A stretch of DNA of 64,000 nt from an uncultured Gemmatimonadales bacterium (GCA_963748815.1 CAVVKJ010000005.1:32001-96000); one strand, 5' to 3'. Shown: positions 1 to 11,377, counted from the stretch's first letter. Notes: generated by a model not told the origin, from the sequence alone. Made by a program: numbers and translations.

Positions 1-148
1 CGTCGAGGACCATCTCATCTTCGGCGCCTTCGGGGTCGATGACAACGGAAATGTTGTCACTGTCCTGGGCGAAGACCTCCGGCGCGAGGCCCACGCAGTC
101 CCCGTACCCGCTGCACAGGTTCCGGTCGATCTTGATCGTGTAGGGCAT
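1..148 (-). CDS. Single-cluster ferredoxin (probably [3Fe-4S]); 3' end runs off the window
   Basis: Manual translation from ATG at 148: MPYTIKIDRNLCSGYGDCVGLAPEVFAQDSDNISVVIDPEGAEDEMVLD..., with a C-x2-Y-x2-C-x3-AP ferredoxin motif. Not in the ORF track. Confidence 0.85.
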   Translation of the reverse strand, partial: MPYTIKIDRNLCSGYGDCVGLAPEVFAQDSDNISVVIDPEGAEDEMVLD

Positions 149-294
149 AGGGCGAACATACAAAACCGACTTTTATCCTGCCAGAGGGGTCCGCCGCCCC
201 CGCTCCCCGCCCTCGCGCTCTTGCCAACCCGCCCCCGCCCTCCTCTCTTTCGTCGTCCGTTCGCCCAGCCTGCCCCCCTCGTCCGGGCCCCGCG

Positions 295-1251
295 ATGCCA
301 GAGATCGTCGTCTCGGTAGACCGCATCACGAAGCGATTCGCCGGTCATACCGCCGTGGACTCCCTGTCCCTGTCCGTGCCTGGGGGTGGCGTGTTCGGCC
401 TCCTCGGCCCGAACGGCGCCGGGAAGTCGACCACCATTCGCATGATCATGCACATTCTCGAGCCGGACGAGGGGCGGGTGACGCTCTTCGGCGGGCCCGG
501 AACCGGGCGCGAGCTCTCGGCCCGTATCGGATTCCTCCCTGAGGAGCGCGGGCTCTATCCGCGGATGGAGGTACTCGAGCACCTGGTCTTCCTCGGCGAG
601 ACGAAGGGCCTCCGGCGACGGGATGCGCGCGAGCGCGCCACCCGATGGCTCGAGCGACTGGGGCTCGGCGACTGGACCAGGCGCAAGGTGCAGGAGCTTT
701 CCAAGGGAATGCAGCAGAAGGTGCAGTTCATCGGGACGCTGCTGCACGACCCGGAGCTGGTCATTCTCGACGAGCCCTTCAGCGGACTGGATCCGGTCAA
801 CCTGCAGGTGATGAAGGACGTGGTGGTGGAGATCGCCCGGTCGGGGCGGACCGTGCTCTTCTCCACGCACATCATGGAGCAGGCCGAGAAGATGTGCGAT
901 CGAATCGCGATCATCGCCCGGGGCGAGAAGGTGGTGGACGGGCGGATCGCCGACATCAAGGCCGAAGGGGGGAAACGCCACGTGTACCTCTCCTTTGCGC
1001 ATGACGGTGCCAAGGCCGGCCCCATCCTGGCCGACCGGACGCTGGTGGCGCGAGCCGACGACTCCGGGGCCACGGCGGAAGCGGAACTCGCGGTTGGCGC
1101 CAACCCTGACCGGCTGCTGCGCGCCCTGATGGAGGCGGGGGTCGGGTTGAGCCGTTTCGAGGTGGCGGAGCCGTCGCTGCAGTCGATCTTCATCGCCAAG
1201 GTCGGACAACAGGCCGCCACCGCCCCGGCGCAGGAGAAGGCCCATGCGTAA
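295..1251 (+). CDS. ABC-2 exporter ATP-binding protein (NatA/YhaQ-like)
   Basis: Walker A GPNGAGKST, signature LSKGMQQ, Walker B ILDEP, H-loop STH, C-terminal EPSLQSIF. Confidence 0.92.
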   Translation: MPEIVVSVDRITKRFAGHTAVDSLSLSVPGGGVFGLLGPNGAGKSTTIRMIMHILEPDEGRVTLFGGPGTGRELSARIGFLPEERGLYPRMEVLEHLVFLGETKGLRRRDARERATRWLERLGLGDWTRRKVQELSKGMQQKVQFIGTLLHDPELVILDEPFSGLDPVNLQVMKDVVVEIARSGRTVLFSTHIMEQAEKMCDRIAIIARGEKVVDGRIADIKAEGGKRHVYLSFAHDGAKAGPILADRTLVARADDSGATAEAELAVGANPDRLLRALMEAGVGLSRFEVAEPSLQSIFIAKVGQQAATAPAQEKAHA

Positions 1252-2558
1252 GCTCATCGCGGTCATTCGCCGGGAATTCATGGTCCGGGTGCACACCAGG
1301 GCGTTCGTGATCGGGACGGTCCTCGGCCCGGTCCTCATGGGCTTTCTGTTCGTTTTTCCGATGCTGCTTGAGTCGCGAGACCGGGCGCCGAAGCGGCTGG
1401 TCGTGCTCGATGCGGCGGACGGCGGGTTCGGGGGTCGCGTGACGGAGGCGCTCGCGAGCGCCCGCCGGGGCGTCGGCCCCGATGCGGCTCCGCGCTACCA
1501 GGTGATGCGCCTCGAGGCAGGCCCGGGAAACATCGCTCCCCTCGATTCCCTTATCCCGCTGACTGGCGCCAAGAATGCCGGCGGCGAGTCGCTGGTCGGG
1601 GTGGTGCTGGTCACTGACTCCGTGCTCGACGACCGGCCGGATGCACTACTACGGGAGCAATGTCGGCAGCCTCTCCGAGATGGGCGACCTCCAGCGCATT
1701 CTTCGGCAGGCGGTGGTCGGGGAACGACTCGGCCGGGCCGGAGTCGACCCGACGATCCTCATGGTGGCCACCGCACCGATTTCTCTGGAAACCTCCCGGG
1801 TGAGCAACGGGCAGATCAGCGGGGAGAGCGGAGAATCCTCGTTCATCCTTGCCTACGTGATGTCCTTCCTCCTCTACATGGCGCTGCTGCTCTACGGAAA
1901 CCAGGTGATGGGATCGGTGCTCGAGGAGAAGAGCAACCGGATCATGGAGGTGCTCGTCTCCAGCCTGAGTCCCTTCGAGTTGATGCTCGGCAAGGTGCTG
2001 GGCGTCGGGTCGGTGGCCCTGCTCCAGCTCGGCATCTGGACCGGCACCGCCAAGGTGCTGACCTCGCAGCGGGTCGCCATCGCCGGGCTCCTCGGCGCCG
2101 CGCCGTCCGACGCCATGAGCATGCCGATCCCGACGATCAGCGGCGGGCTGCTTGCGGTGTATCTCTCGTTCTTCGTGCTGGGATTCTTTCTCTATTCGGC
2201 GGCGTACGCTGCGGTAGCGGCCACGGTCAGCACCCAGCAGGAGGCGCAGCAGGCGGCCCTCCCGGTGACCATGTGTATCGTGGTCGGGCTCATCATGATG
2301 TTCGGGCTCCTCGATGAGCCGAACGGCACGCTCGCGAGGACGATGAGCCTGATCCCCCTCTTCGCCCCGTTCGTGACGCCGGTGCGGTATTCGCTCAGCC
2401 CACTTCCCCTCATGGAGGTGCTGGCCTCAGCCGGGCTCACTGCGCTCGGCGTTCTGGCCGTGGCCTGGGTGGCGGGCCGGATCTATCGGGTGGGGATTCT
2501 GATGTACGGCAAGCGGGCGTCGGTCATGGAGATCCTCCGCTGGGTGCGGACCGGGTAG
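1244..2558 (+). CDS. ABC-2 permease (NatB/YhaP-like); +1 frameshift near 1630
   Basis: N-terminus MRKLIAVIRREF.. in the 1244 frame. C-terminus (EEKSNRIMEVLVSS, LGKVLG, RIYRVGILMYGK) in the 1575 frame. Confidence 0.85.
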
Positions 2559-2845
2559 AACGGCGGGGCCGCGGGGCTGCGGGGCAGGAGGGGTCGGGCT
2601 CGGGCACCGGATCGCTTCATCGCGACCTCGGTTGGGCGGACCCCAGGGGTGGGCGCCCGCATGATTCCATAGGATTCCGATGTCATTTGGGCGGATCCCC
2701 GGGGTGGGCTCACGCCCACCCCGGGAACGGCGAAAGCGCGACGCCGTTTCATTGGCGACGCGACGGATTTTATCCTCGGCTTCCAGCGTAACTGTCTGAC
2801 ACTTTCGATCCCTCTTCGGGCACATATTTGCGGTTTTCGCATTAT

Positions 2846-2871
2846 CAGGGGCGGGCATATGCCCGCCCCTG
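2846..2871. repeat. REP-like perfect palindrome CAGGGGCGGGCATATGCCCGCCCCTG
   Basis: Perfect inverted repeat in the intergenic region upstream of mnmG. Confidence 0.6.
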
Positions 2872-2955
2872 TATGGGCCCGCCCCCGAGGCCGCCTGTCT
2901 GCCGCCCTGCCCCGCTGCCTCCCTGCCCACCAGCCTCCCTGTCTATCTTCACTTC

Positions 2956-4806
2956 ATGCACTATGACGTAATCGTCATCGGCGGCGGCCACGCCGGGGCC
3001 GAAGCGGCCGCGCTCGCTTCGCGCGCCGGTGCGCGCACCCTCTTGCTCACCCAAAACCTCGAGACCATCGGGCAGATGTCGTGCAACCCCGCCATCGGCG
3101 GGATTGCCAAGGGGACGGTGGTGCGGGAGGTCGATGCGCTCGGCGGGGTGATGGGGCGTGCGACCGATCTCGCGCGCATCCAGTTCCGCATGCTCAACCG
3201 CTCGAAGGGCCCCGCCGTCTGGTCGCCTCGCGCCCAGTGCGACCGGGCCTTGTACCGCCGCGCTGTGCGACAACTGCTCGAAGCCCAGCCCAACCTCCGA
3301 TTCGCGCAGGGGACCGCCGCTTCGTTCGTGATCCGAAGCGGTCGCGTGAGTGGCGTGGTGACCAGGGAGGGACTCACCTTCGAGGCGCGCGCCGTTGTGC
3401 TGACCACCGGTACCTTCCTTCGGGGCGCCATCCACCTGGGCCTCGATCCGCTGGTGCCCGCCGGACGCGCCGGCGAATCTCCGGCAATAGAAATCTCACA
3501 AGCTATTGCAGAGCAAGGGATTACAAGAGAACGATTCAAGACTGGGACCCCGCCAAGAATCGATGGACGGACCGTCGATTTCTCCCGTCTCACCCGCCAG
3601 GACGGCGACCGCGGGTCCTACTGGTTCAGCCAGTACGAGCGGGGCGCCCACCCGGAGCAATTGCCCTGCTGGCTGACGTGGGCAGGCGCCGAGGTGAAGG
3701 AGATCATCCAGCGCCACATTCGGGAATCGGCGCTCTACGGCGGCGCGATCAGCGGTCGGGGTCCGCGCTATTGCCCATCGGTGGAAGACAAAGTTGTCCG
3801 GTTCCCGGAGGCCGCCCGGCACCAGGTGTTTCTCGAGCCCGAGGGGCTGGGGACCGCCGAAATCTACGTGAACGGCCTCTCGACCTCGCTCCCGGCCACT
3901 GTTCAGCTCGCTTTTCTACGGGCGGTGCCCGGCCTCGAAACGGTCGAGATGACCCGGCCGGGGTACGCCATCGAGTATGACTACTTCCCCCCGACGCAAC
4001 TTCATCCGACACTCGAGTCCCGCGCCCTTCCCGGGCTGTTCTTTGCCGGGCAGGTGAATGGCACCACCGGCTACGAGGAGGCGGCTGGGCAGGGCGCGCT
4101 CGCGGGACTGAACGCGGCACTCCAGGTGCAGGACCGGGAGCCGGTCGTGCTGGGCCGGGACGAGGCGATGGCGGGAGTCCTGGTGGACGATCTGGTCCAC
4201 CGCGGAGTCGACGAGCCGTACCGCCTCTTCACCAGCCGCGCGGAGTTCCGGATCCTGCTCCGGCAGGACAATGCGCTCCGACGGCTTTATCCGCTCGCCC
4301 GGAGGTTGGGGCTCCTGAACGAAGGGGAGATTCGGATTGCCGAGGCGCGGCTGGAGGGGGAGGCAGATGCGTCGCGACAGGCCGTCGAAACGGCCATCTC
4401 CCCCGAGGCGGCGAACCCGATTCTGGCGGCGGCCGGGGAATCTCCAATCGGGGAGCCGGCTCGACTCAAGGAGCTCTGCCGCCGACCCGGTGTGGCGCTT
4501 TCCTCCCTCCTGGGCGCGATGGGAAGCGATACCGCCCCAGAACACGCCGAGTGGGCTGATATCGAGATCAAGTACGAGGGCTACCTGGTCAGGGAGCGGG
4601 ACGCCGCCGCGCGACTCGCGGAGCTGGACGATGTTCCCCTTCCGGCGGCCCTCGAGTACCACGCGATCAAGACGATTTCCTGGGAGGCACGCGAAAAACT
4701 CACTGCCGTCCAGCCAACCTCGATCGGCCAGGCGGGGAGGGTGCCCGGCGTTTCTCCCGCCGATCTCCAGAACCTCGCCTTCGCGGTGCTCCGGCAGCGG
4801 GTCTAG
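2956..4806 (+). CDS. mnmG: tRNA uridine-5-carboxymethylaminomethyl(34) synthesis enzyme MnmG (GidA)
   Basis: GGGHAG FAD motif, MSCNPAIGG, RFKTGTPPR, GPRYCPSVEDK, FAGQVNGTTGYEEAA, EPYRLFTSRAE. Confidence 0.98.
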   Translation: MHYDVIVIGGGHAGAEAAALASRAGARTLLLTQNLETIGQMSCNPAIGGIAKGTVVREVDALGGVMGRATDLARIQFRMLNRSKGPAVWSPRAQCDRALYRRAVRQLLEAQPNLRFAQGTAASFVIRSGRVSGVVTREGLTFEARAVVLTTGTFLRGAIHLGLDPLVPAGRAGESPAIEISQAIAEQGITRERFKTGTPPRIDGRTVDFSRLTRQDGDRGSYWFSQYERGAHPEQLPCWLTWAGAEVKEIIQRHIRESALYGGAISGRGPRYCPSVEDKVVRFPEAARHQVFLEPEGLGTAEIYVNGLSTSLPATVQLAFLRAVPGLETVEMTRPGYAIEYDYFPPTQLHPTLESRALPGLFFAGQVNGTTGYEEAAGQGALAGLNAALQVQDREPVVLGRDEAMAGVLVDDLVHRGVDEPYRLFTSRAEFRILLRQDNALRRLYPLARRLGLLNEGEIRIAEARLEGEADASRQAVETAISPEAANPILAAAGESPIGEPARLKELCRRPGVALSSLLGAMGSDTAPEHAEWADIEIKYEGYLVRERDAAARLAELDDVPLPAALEYHAIKTISWEAREKLTAVQPTSIGQAGRVPGVSPADLQNLAFAVLRQRV

Positions 4807-4867
4807 CTACGATGGCTTGAGTTCACGCGAAGACGCGAAGCCGCGAAAGTCCCTCCACGATAGATAC

Positions 4868-4883
4868 CGTTTCACGTGGAACA
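4868..4883. promoter_or_regulatory. parS centromere site 1 (CGTTTCACGTGGAACA)
   Basis: Matches the 16-bp parS consensus TGTTNCACGTGAAACA; lies upstream of parAB. Confidence 0.9.
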
Positions 4884-4901
4884 GCCCCGACTCGGGCCAT
4901 C

Positions 4902-4917
4902 CGTTTCACGTGAAACA
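4902..4917. promoter_or_regulatory. parS centromere site 2 (CGTTTCACGTGAAACA)
   Basis: One mismatch to the parS consensus; upstream of parAB. Confidence 0.93.
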
Positions 4918-5182
4918 CCCCAATTTCTTGGCCTGATTCCACCCTTCGACGCCTCCCGTCCTTGCCATCGTCTCCGTTGAAAATTGTAGTATTCTGTATT
5001 GTAACTTATTGTCTGTTAACATGTTGCATAACTATAAGCGCTTTGTCTCTTCGCGTCTTCGCGCCTTCGCGTGCCCCCTTGAGCCCGAACGCCAACCTTC
5101 CCAAGTCGCCTCCGCCCGCATAATCGTCTATATTCCTGTCCTCCCTGACCTTACCTCTTCGACCCAGGCGCGCACCCCGTCC

Positions 5183-5973
<791 letters not shown>

Positions 5974-5977
<4 letters not shown>

Positions 5978-6856
5978 GTGAAGCCCGTCGTCTCGGCCGC
6001 GGCCTCGAAGCGCTGCTCGGCCCGGTCTCCAAAGAGCAGGCGGAAAAGGAGGGGAACCTCCGCGAGCTCCCCGTCGCCGCCATCCGCCCGAACCCGTTCC
6101 AGCCACGCACGCGTGTGGACGAGGAGCCGCTGAAGGAGCTGGTGGCCAGCATCCAGGCATCGGGGCTGCTGCAGCCAGTGGTCGTGCGCCCGCAGGGATC
6201 GAGCTACGAGTTGATTGCCGGCGAACGACGCTGGCGCGCGGTGCAGCGCCTGGGGTGGACGCGCATCCCCGCCGTCATCAAGGAAGCGGACGACAAGACG
6301 CTGCTGACGCTGGCGCTCGATCGAGAACCTGCAGCGCGACGACCTCTCACCGATCGACGAGGCGCTCGGGTATCAGCGCCTGCAGGAACAGTTCGGCGTC
6401 GCCCAGGCGGAAGTGGCGCGGCTCGTCGGACGCGACCGGTCCACCGTGGCGAACCTGCTCCGCCTCCTGGCGCTGCCCGAGGCGGTGCGCGACCTCGTCG
6501 ACCACGGAGCGCTGTCCGCCGGACACGCCCGCGCCCTCCTGGGCCTGACCGATGCCAAGCTGATCGTGAAGCTCGGCCGACAGGCGGTGGCGGACGGCTG
6601 GTCGGTGCGTGAAATGGAGGCCCGGGTCCGGCAGGGGCCGGAGTCGGCGAAGCGCCCGCGAACCAGGCGCACCGCACCGGGGCCGGTCAGCGCCGAAGCG
6701 CAACGCGTCGAGGATGCGCTCCGCAAGCACCTCGGGACCGACGTGCGGGTGACGCAGCGTCGCAAGGGCCGGGGCATCGTGCAGTTGAACTACTACTCCA
6801 ACGACGATCTTGCCCGCCTGCTGGAACTCATCCTCGGCGCCCCCTTCGAGGGATGA
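5974..6856 (+). CDS. parB: ParB/Spo0J partition protein; +1 frameshift near 6318
   Basis: RRLGRGLEALL, NPFQPR and LIAGERRWRA in the first frame. IENLQRDDL, the HTH (VGRDRSTVANLLRLL) and LSAGHARALL in the next frame. Confidence 0.93.
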
Positions 6857-7651
6857 AGACTCCGCGCCCGCAGATCACGGTGATGGTGCACCGCGACGGG
6901 GAGGTGAACTCACGCACCTTCCGGATGCCGATCTGGCTCTTCCGCGTCGCTGATGGCGACCGGGGCGGTGCTGCTGGTGGCGGCGCTCGTCCTCGGCGCC
7001 TGGTACGCGCCGCTGCTCAGGGCCGCGGCGAGCGTGCCCCGGCTGCGCGAGGACGTGGCGCGGCTGGAGGCTGAAACCGCCAAGGTGCGGGAACTCGCCG
7101 CGGCGCTCGACAGCGCGGAGCGGCGGTATGGCCGGCTCCGCGAGATGGTCGGCGCGGACATCGTTCCCGATCCGATCGCCCTCGCCTACTCGCTGCCGCT
7201 GGCCCCCCCCGTCAACGCGGCGGCGCCGGGGCCGCGCGCCGCCCCGCCGACCGGGCCGTCGGTCCCCAACCGCTGGCCGCTCGATGCCGCCGGGTACATG
7301 ACCCGCGGACTCGTGCCCGCCGGCGGTACGGAGGAGGCCCACACCGGCGTCGATCTGGCCGTGACCATCGGCACGCCGGTCCGCGCCGCGGGCGGCGGGA
7401 CCGTGCTGGACAGCGGCAACGATCCGGAGTACGGCATCTTCGTGCTCCTCGGCCATCCGAATGGCTACGAGTCGAAGTACGGCCACCTCTCCCGGTCGCT
7501 GGTCCTCACCGGCCAGGTGGTCGGCGCGGGTGAGGTCATCGGCCTCTCCGGCAACACGGGGCGCTCGACCGCGCCCCACCTGCATCTCGAAATTCGTCGG
7601 GGCGACGAGACAATCGATCCCCTCACCATGGTGAACGAGGACTCACGATAA
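6853..7651 (+). CDS. M23 family peptidase with N-terminal TM and coiled coil; +1 frameshift near 6948
   Basis: HTGVD, YGHL and STAPHLHLEIR motifs. The N-terminal ORF from 6853 continues in the 6953 frame. Confidence 0.88.
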
Positions 7652-8091
7652 TGGCCATCTTCTCCAACACACCACGCGAACCCGAAGTCAACCAGATGCG
7701 TCGGCGTACCGACCATACCTCGCTCTCGATCATCGCCAAGGACCTGACCGTCACCGGCGATCTCCAGACCGAGGGCGTCGTGAAGATCGAAGGCAAGGTC
7801 AAGGGCGTCATTCGCGCCAACACCCAGGCACTCGTCGCACCGGGGGCGCTGGTGCAGGGCGACATCCACACCGCCGAGGCGGTGATCGGTGGCCGCGTGG
7901 AGGGGAACGTCCACGCGACGGACCGGGTCGAGGTGCAGGCGACCGCCGAAGTGCAGGGCGACGTGTTCACCCGGCGCATCGTCGTGCTGGAAGGCGGCAG
8001 CGTGAACGGGTCGATCAAGATGGGATCCGTGCAGGATCCGAAGGCGGCACCGAAGCCGGCCCCCAAGCCGGAGCTCGGTCCCAACGGGTGA
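7651..8091 (+). CDS. Bactofilin (polymer-forming cytoskeletal protein)
   Basis: Beta-helix pattern IAKDLTVTGDL..VKIEGKVKG..VQGDI..GRVEGNV..VQGDV..GGSVNGSI; adjacent to an M23 peptidase. Confidence 0.92.
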   Translation: MAIFSNTPREPEVNQMRRRTDHTSLSIIAKDLTVTGDLQTEGVVKIEGKVKGVIRANTQALVAPGALVQGDIHTAEAVIGGRVEGNVHATDRVEVQATAEVQGDVFTRRIVVLEGGSVNGSIKMGSVQDPKAAPKPAPKPELGPNG

Positions 8092-9047
8092 TGGCGCACC
8101 GCACGCTGGGCTGGATGCTCGCCAGCGCGCTGTTGGCGAGTTGTGCCACACGGGAGGCGCCGGCGCCATTCCGCGTGGCACTTGTCACACCGGGCTCCAT
8201 TGCCGATGCCGCGTGGAACTCCGGGGCGTACACCGGCCTCGGCCAGATTCACGACTCCCTCCACGTTCCCGTCAGTCACGTCGAGGCGCGCACGCCCGCG
8301 GAGCAGGAGGAGGCGCTGCGGACCTATGCGGCCCAGGGCTACAACCTGGTGTTCGGCCACGGGTTTGAGTTCCAGGGACCGGCGGAGCGGGTCGGCGCCG
8401 ACTACCCGACCGTGATCTTCATCATCACCTCGGGAGAGCGGGTGCGCGGCAATGTCGCGCCGTTGATCTTCCGGTTGCACGAGGCGAGTTTCCTCGCGGG
8501 AATGGTGGCGGGCGGGATGTCGAAGAGCGGGGTGATTGGCTTTGTGGGTGGCGTAGAGTTGCCGCCGGTACGCGAAGCCTCGGAGGCGTGGGTGGCCGGT
8601 GCGCGTGCGGTCAACCCGCAGATACAGAGCCGGATGACCTACCTCAACAACTGGGACGACGCCGCACTGGGCCGCGAGGCGGCGCGGGCGCTGATCCGCG
8701 TGGGCGCGGACATGCTGCACCACAACGCCGATGCCGCCGCCATCGGCGTGTTCCAGGCGGCGAAGGAAACGCCGGGGGTGTACCTCTTCGGCGCCAATGC
8801 CGACCAGACCGACCTGGCCCCGCAGCGCGTGCTTGGCTCCGCGGTGATCGACCTGCCGCGCGCCCTCCTGCTGGTGGCGCGCGAGGTCCAGGGGGGTACT
8901 TTCGTTCCGAAGGTCGAGTCGTTCGGGCTGGCCAGTGGCGTCGTGCGCTATGCGCCGAATCCCGCGCTCGATTCGATGGTTCCAGCCGCCTTGGCGGCGC
9001 GCGTCCGCGCCGCCGAGGACAGCATTCGCCAGCAGGATGGCCCATGA
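8088..9047 (+). CDS. BMP family ABC substrate-binding lipoprotein (nucleoside/purine)
   Basis: Lipobox LLASC, GSIADAAWN, FGHGFEF, IGFVGG. Confidence 0.88.
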   Translation: MMAHRTLGWMLASALLASCATREAPAPFRVALVTPGSIADAAWNSGAYTGLGQIHDSLHVPVSHVEARTPAEQEEALRTYAAQGYNLVFGHGFEFQGPAERVGADYPTVIFIITSGERVRGNVAPLIFRLHEASFLAGMVAGGMSKSGVIGFVGGVELPPVREASEAWVAGARAVNPQIQSRMTYLNNWDDAALGREAARALIRVGADMLHHNADAAAIGVFQAAKETPGVYLFGANADQTDLAPQRVLGSAVIDLPRALLLVAREVQGGTFVPKVESFGLASGVVRYAPNPALDSMVPAALAARVRAAEDSIRQQDGP

Positions 9048-9820
9048 GCGAGCACGCGGTGTCCCTCTCCGAAATCAGCGAGTATCTCGACACCTTCCTC
9101 CGGGTGCGGGACATCCCCGACGCCGACGACGCCGTCAACGGACTCCAGGTGGAGAACGGCGGAACGGTGGACCGGATCGTCGCGGCGGTGGATGCCTCGC
9201 TCGAGGCGATCGAGCACGCCGCGCCGCCAGGCAGCCCGGGCGGCACCTTCCTCCTCGTGCACCACGGGCTGTTCTGGGACGGCAACATCCCGCTGACCGG
9301 GCGCCGGCACCGGCGAGTCCGGGCGCTCTTTGACCGGAACATCGCCCTTTATTCCGCGCACATCCCGCTGGACCTCCATCCGGACGTCGGCAACAACATC
9401 GTGCTGGCGCGCCGCCTCGAGCTCGAGCTGGAGGGCTGGTTTGGGGAATACCGCGGCCAGCGGCTCGGCGTCTACGGGGAGCTGGCCCTGCCGCGGGAAG
9501 AGCTGGTCAAGCGCATCGAGGGACAGCTGACCGCCACGGCCCGGCTGATCCCCGGTGGGCCGGAGACCACGCACCGCGTCGGCATCGTAACCGGGAGCGG
9601 CGGGGGGTTCATTGCCGAGGCGATCGCCGCCGGCATCGACACGCTCATCAGCGGCGAAGGCGCGCACCACACCTATTTCGACGCCATGGAACTCGGCATC
9701 AACCTGATTTACGCCGGGCACTATGCCACGGAACAGGTCGGGGTCCAGGCGCTGGCGCAGCACCTCGGGCTGCGATTCGAGCTGCCGTGGGAATTTCACA
9801 GGCACCCGACCGGCATGTAG
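9044..9820 (+). CDS. Nif3/YbgI-like dinuclear metal centre protein
   Basis: NGLQVE, VHHGLFW, YSAHIPLDLHP, AGHYATE. ATG 9044 overlaps the upstream stop. Confidence 0.93.
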   Translation: MSEHAVSLSEISEYLDTFLRVRDIPDADDAVNGLQVENGGTVDRIVAAVDASLEAIEHAAPPGSPGGTFLLVHHGLFWDGNIPLTGRRHRRVRALFDRNIALYSAHIPLDLHPDVGNNIVLARRLELELEGWFGEYRGQRLGVYGELALPREELVKRIEGQLTATARLIPGGPETTHRVGIVTGSGGGFIAEAIAAGIDTLISGEGAHHTYFDAMELGINLIYAGHYATEQVGVQALAQHLGLRFELPWEFHRHPTGM

Positions 9821-9849
9821 GCGGGACCCCTAGCGGCACCTCTATTTCA

Positions 9850-9888
9850 CCTCACCCCCTGTCCCCCTCTCCATGACATGGAGAGGGG
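9850..9888. repeat. REP-like element CCTCACCCCCTGTCCCCCTCTCCATGACATGGAGAGGGGGA
   Basis: TCCCCCTCTCCATG/CATGGAGAGGGGGA hairpin preceded by CCTCACCCC; intergenic. Confidence 0.6.
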
Positions 9889-9915
9889 GAACGTCCATTG
9901 GGGTTCGATGTCCTG

Positions 9916-11377
9916 ATGCTCCTGTCGCTCTCCGGCATCTCCAAGTCATTCGGCTCCGTTCGAGCACTCGCGGGAGTGGATCTCGCGATTCGTCCCGGCG
10001 AAGTGCACGCCATTCTCGGCGAGAACGGCGCCGGCAAGTCCACGCTGCTCCACATCGCGGACGGGTTGCTGCGCCCCGAGGCGGGCACGATTTCGGTGGA
10101 CGGCGTCCCACTCCGATTCCGTTCCCCGCGCGATGCCCGACGCCGTGGCATCGGGATGGTGCACCAGCATGCCACCGCGGTGCCGGCGTTTTCGGTGATG
10201 GAGAACATCGCGCTCGCCGCCGGCTGGCCGGTGACGCCGGCGGGACTTCACCGCCGCACTGCCGAGTTGACCGCCCGCCTCGCCCTCCATCTCGACCCCC
10301 TGCAGCCCGCCGACGAGCTCTCCGTCGCGCTCAAACAGCGCCTCGAAATCGTGAAGGCGCTGGCGTCGGATGCCCGTCTCCTCCTGCTCGACGAGCCGAC
10401 CGCCGTGCTGGCGCCGGCGGAGGTCACGGAGCTGTTCCGCTTCGTGCGGGCATTCGCGCAATCGGGCGGTGCGGTGGCCGTGATTACCCACAAGCTCGAC
10501 GAAGCGCTGGCCGTTGCAGACCGGATCACGGTGCTGCGGCAGGGGAGGGTGACCCTCGAAGCGCGTGCGCGGCGAGGTGACCGCGGAATCACTGACGGAC
10601 GCGATGATCGGTGCCGCGATCAGCAGGACGCCGCGGACCCGCCCGGCGAGTGCTGGTCCGGTGCTGGTCCAGTGCGACGGGCTCGAGGTGACGGGAGCAT
10701 CCGGTTCGGGACTGCGCGGCGCCTCCTTCACCATTCGCGGCGGGGAACTCGTGGCGGTGGCGGGCGTGGAAGGGAATGGCCAGCGCGAGCTGCTCCGAGC
10801 GGTGGCCCAACTGCAGCCCCCGTTCCGCGGGCTGCTCGAGGTGGCCAGGCCGATCGCGTTTGTGCCGGAGGACCGCACGACCGAGGGGTTGATCCCGCTC
10901 CTGTCGCTCACTGAAAACGTCGTCCTTGGCGTCGGGCGCATCGCGCCCTGGATCCGGGGGCACCGGGTACGCCGGGTGGACTGGAAGGCTGCCGGCCGCC
11001 GGACGGCCGAGCTCATGGCGCAGTTTGATGTCCGCGCGAAGGGGCCCGACACGCCCGCGGGCACCCTCAGCGGGGGCAACCAGCAGAAGCTGCTGATCGC
11101 GCGGGCGCTCGAGCGGCGGCCACGGGTGCTGGTGGCGGAGAACCCGACGCGCGGCCTCGACCTGCAGGCGGCGGCGGACGTCCATGCGCATCTGCGTGCG
11201 GCGGCCTCGGCCGGCGCGGCGGTGCTGGTCTACTCGAACGATATCGATGAAGTCCTGGAGCTGGGGAGCCGGGTCCTGGTGGCGGCGAGCGGCCTGGTGA
11301 CTGAGGCGCCGCCTGGAGTGGACCGCGAGCGGTTGGGCGAGATGATGCTCCGGTCGGAGAGGTCCGATGCGCGGTAA
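9916..11377 (+). CDS. Nucleoside/sugar ABC transporter ATP-binding protein (two ABC domains); +1 frameshift near 10565
   Basis: GENGAGKST and LLDEPTAVL in the first frame. VEGNGQ, VPEDR, LSGGNQQK and PTRGLD in the next frame. Confidence 0.9.

Larger units (their letters stand above)
4824..5073. repeat. Inverted pair of (NCGCGAAG)3 octamer tracts at 4824-4849 and 5047-5073
   Basis: CACGCGAAGACGCGAAGCCGCGAAAG versus CTCTTCGCGTCTTCGCGCCTTCGCGTG. A related degenerate tract lies near 22160-22190. Confidence 0.7.

Noticed and set aside
2632..2709. Two 23-bp repeats with a 32-bp spacer resembling a mini-CRISPR
   Set aside because: Only two imperfect copies, no cas genes, no leader.
4975..5040. AT-rich tract as the oriC unwinding element
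   Set aside because: No convincing TTATCCACA DnaA-box cluster here or upstream of mnmG; more likely the parA promoter.
6300..6330. Programmed frameshift or true pseudogene in parB and five other genes
   Set aside because: No slippery sites, and uniform +1 insertions in intact genes fit sequencing error better.
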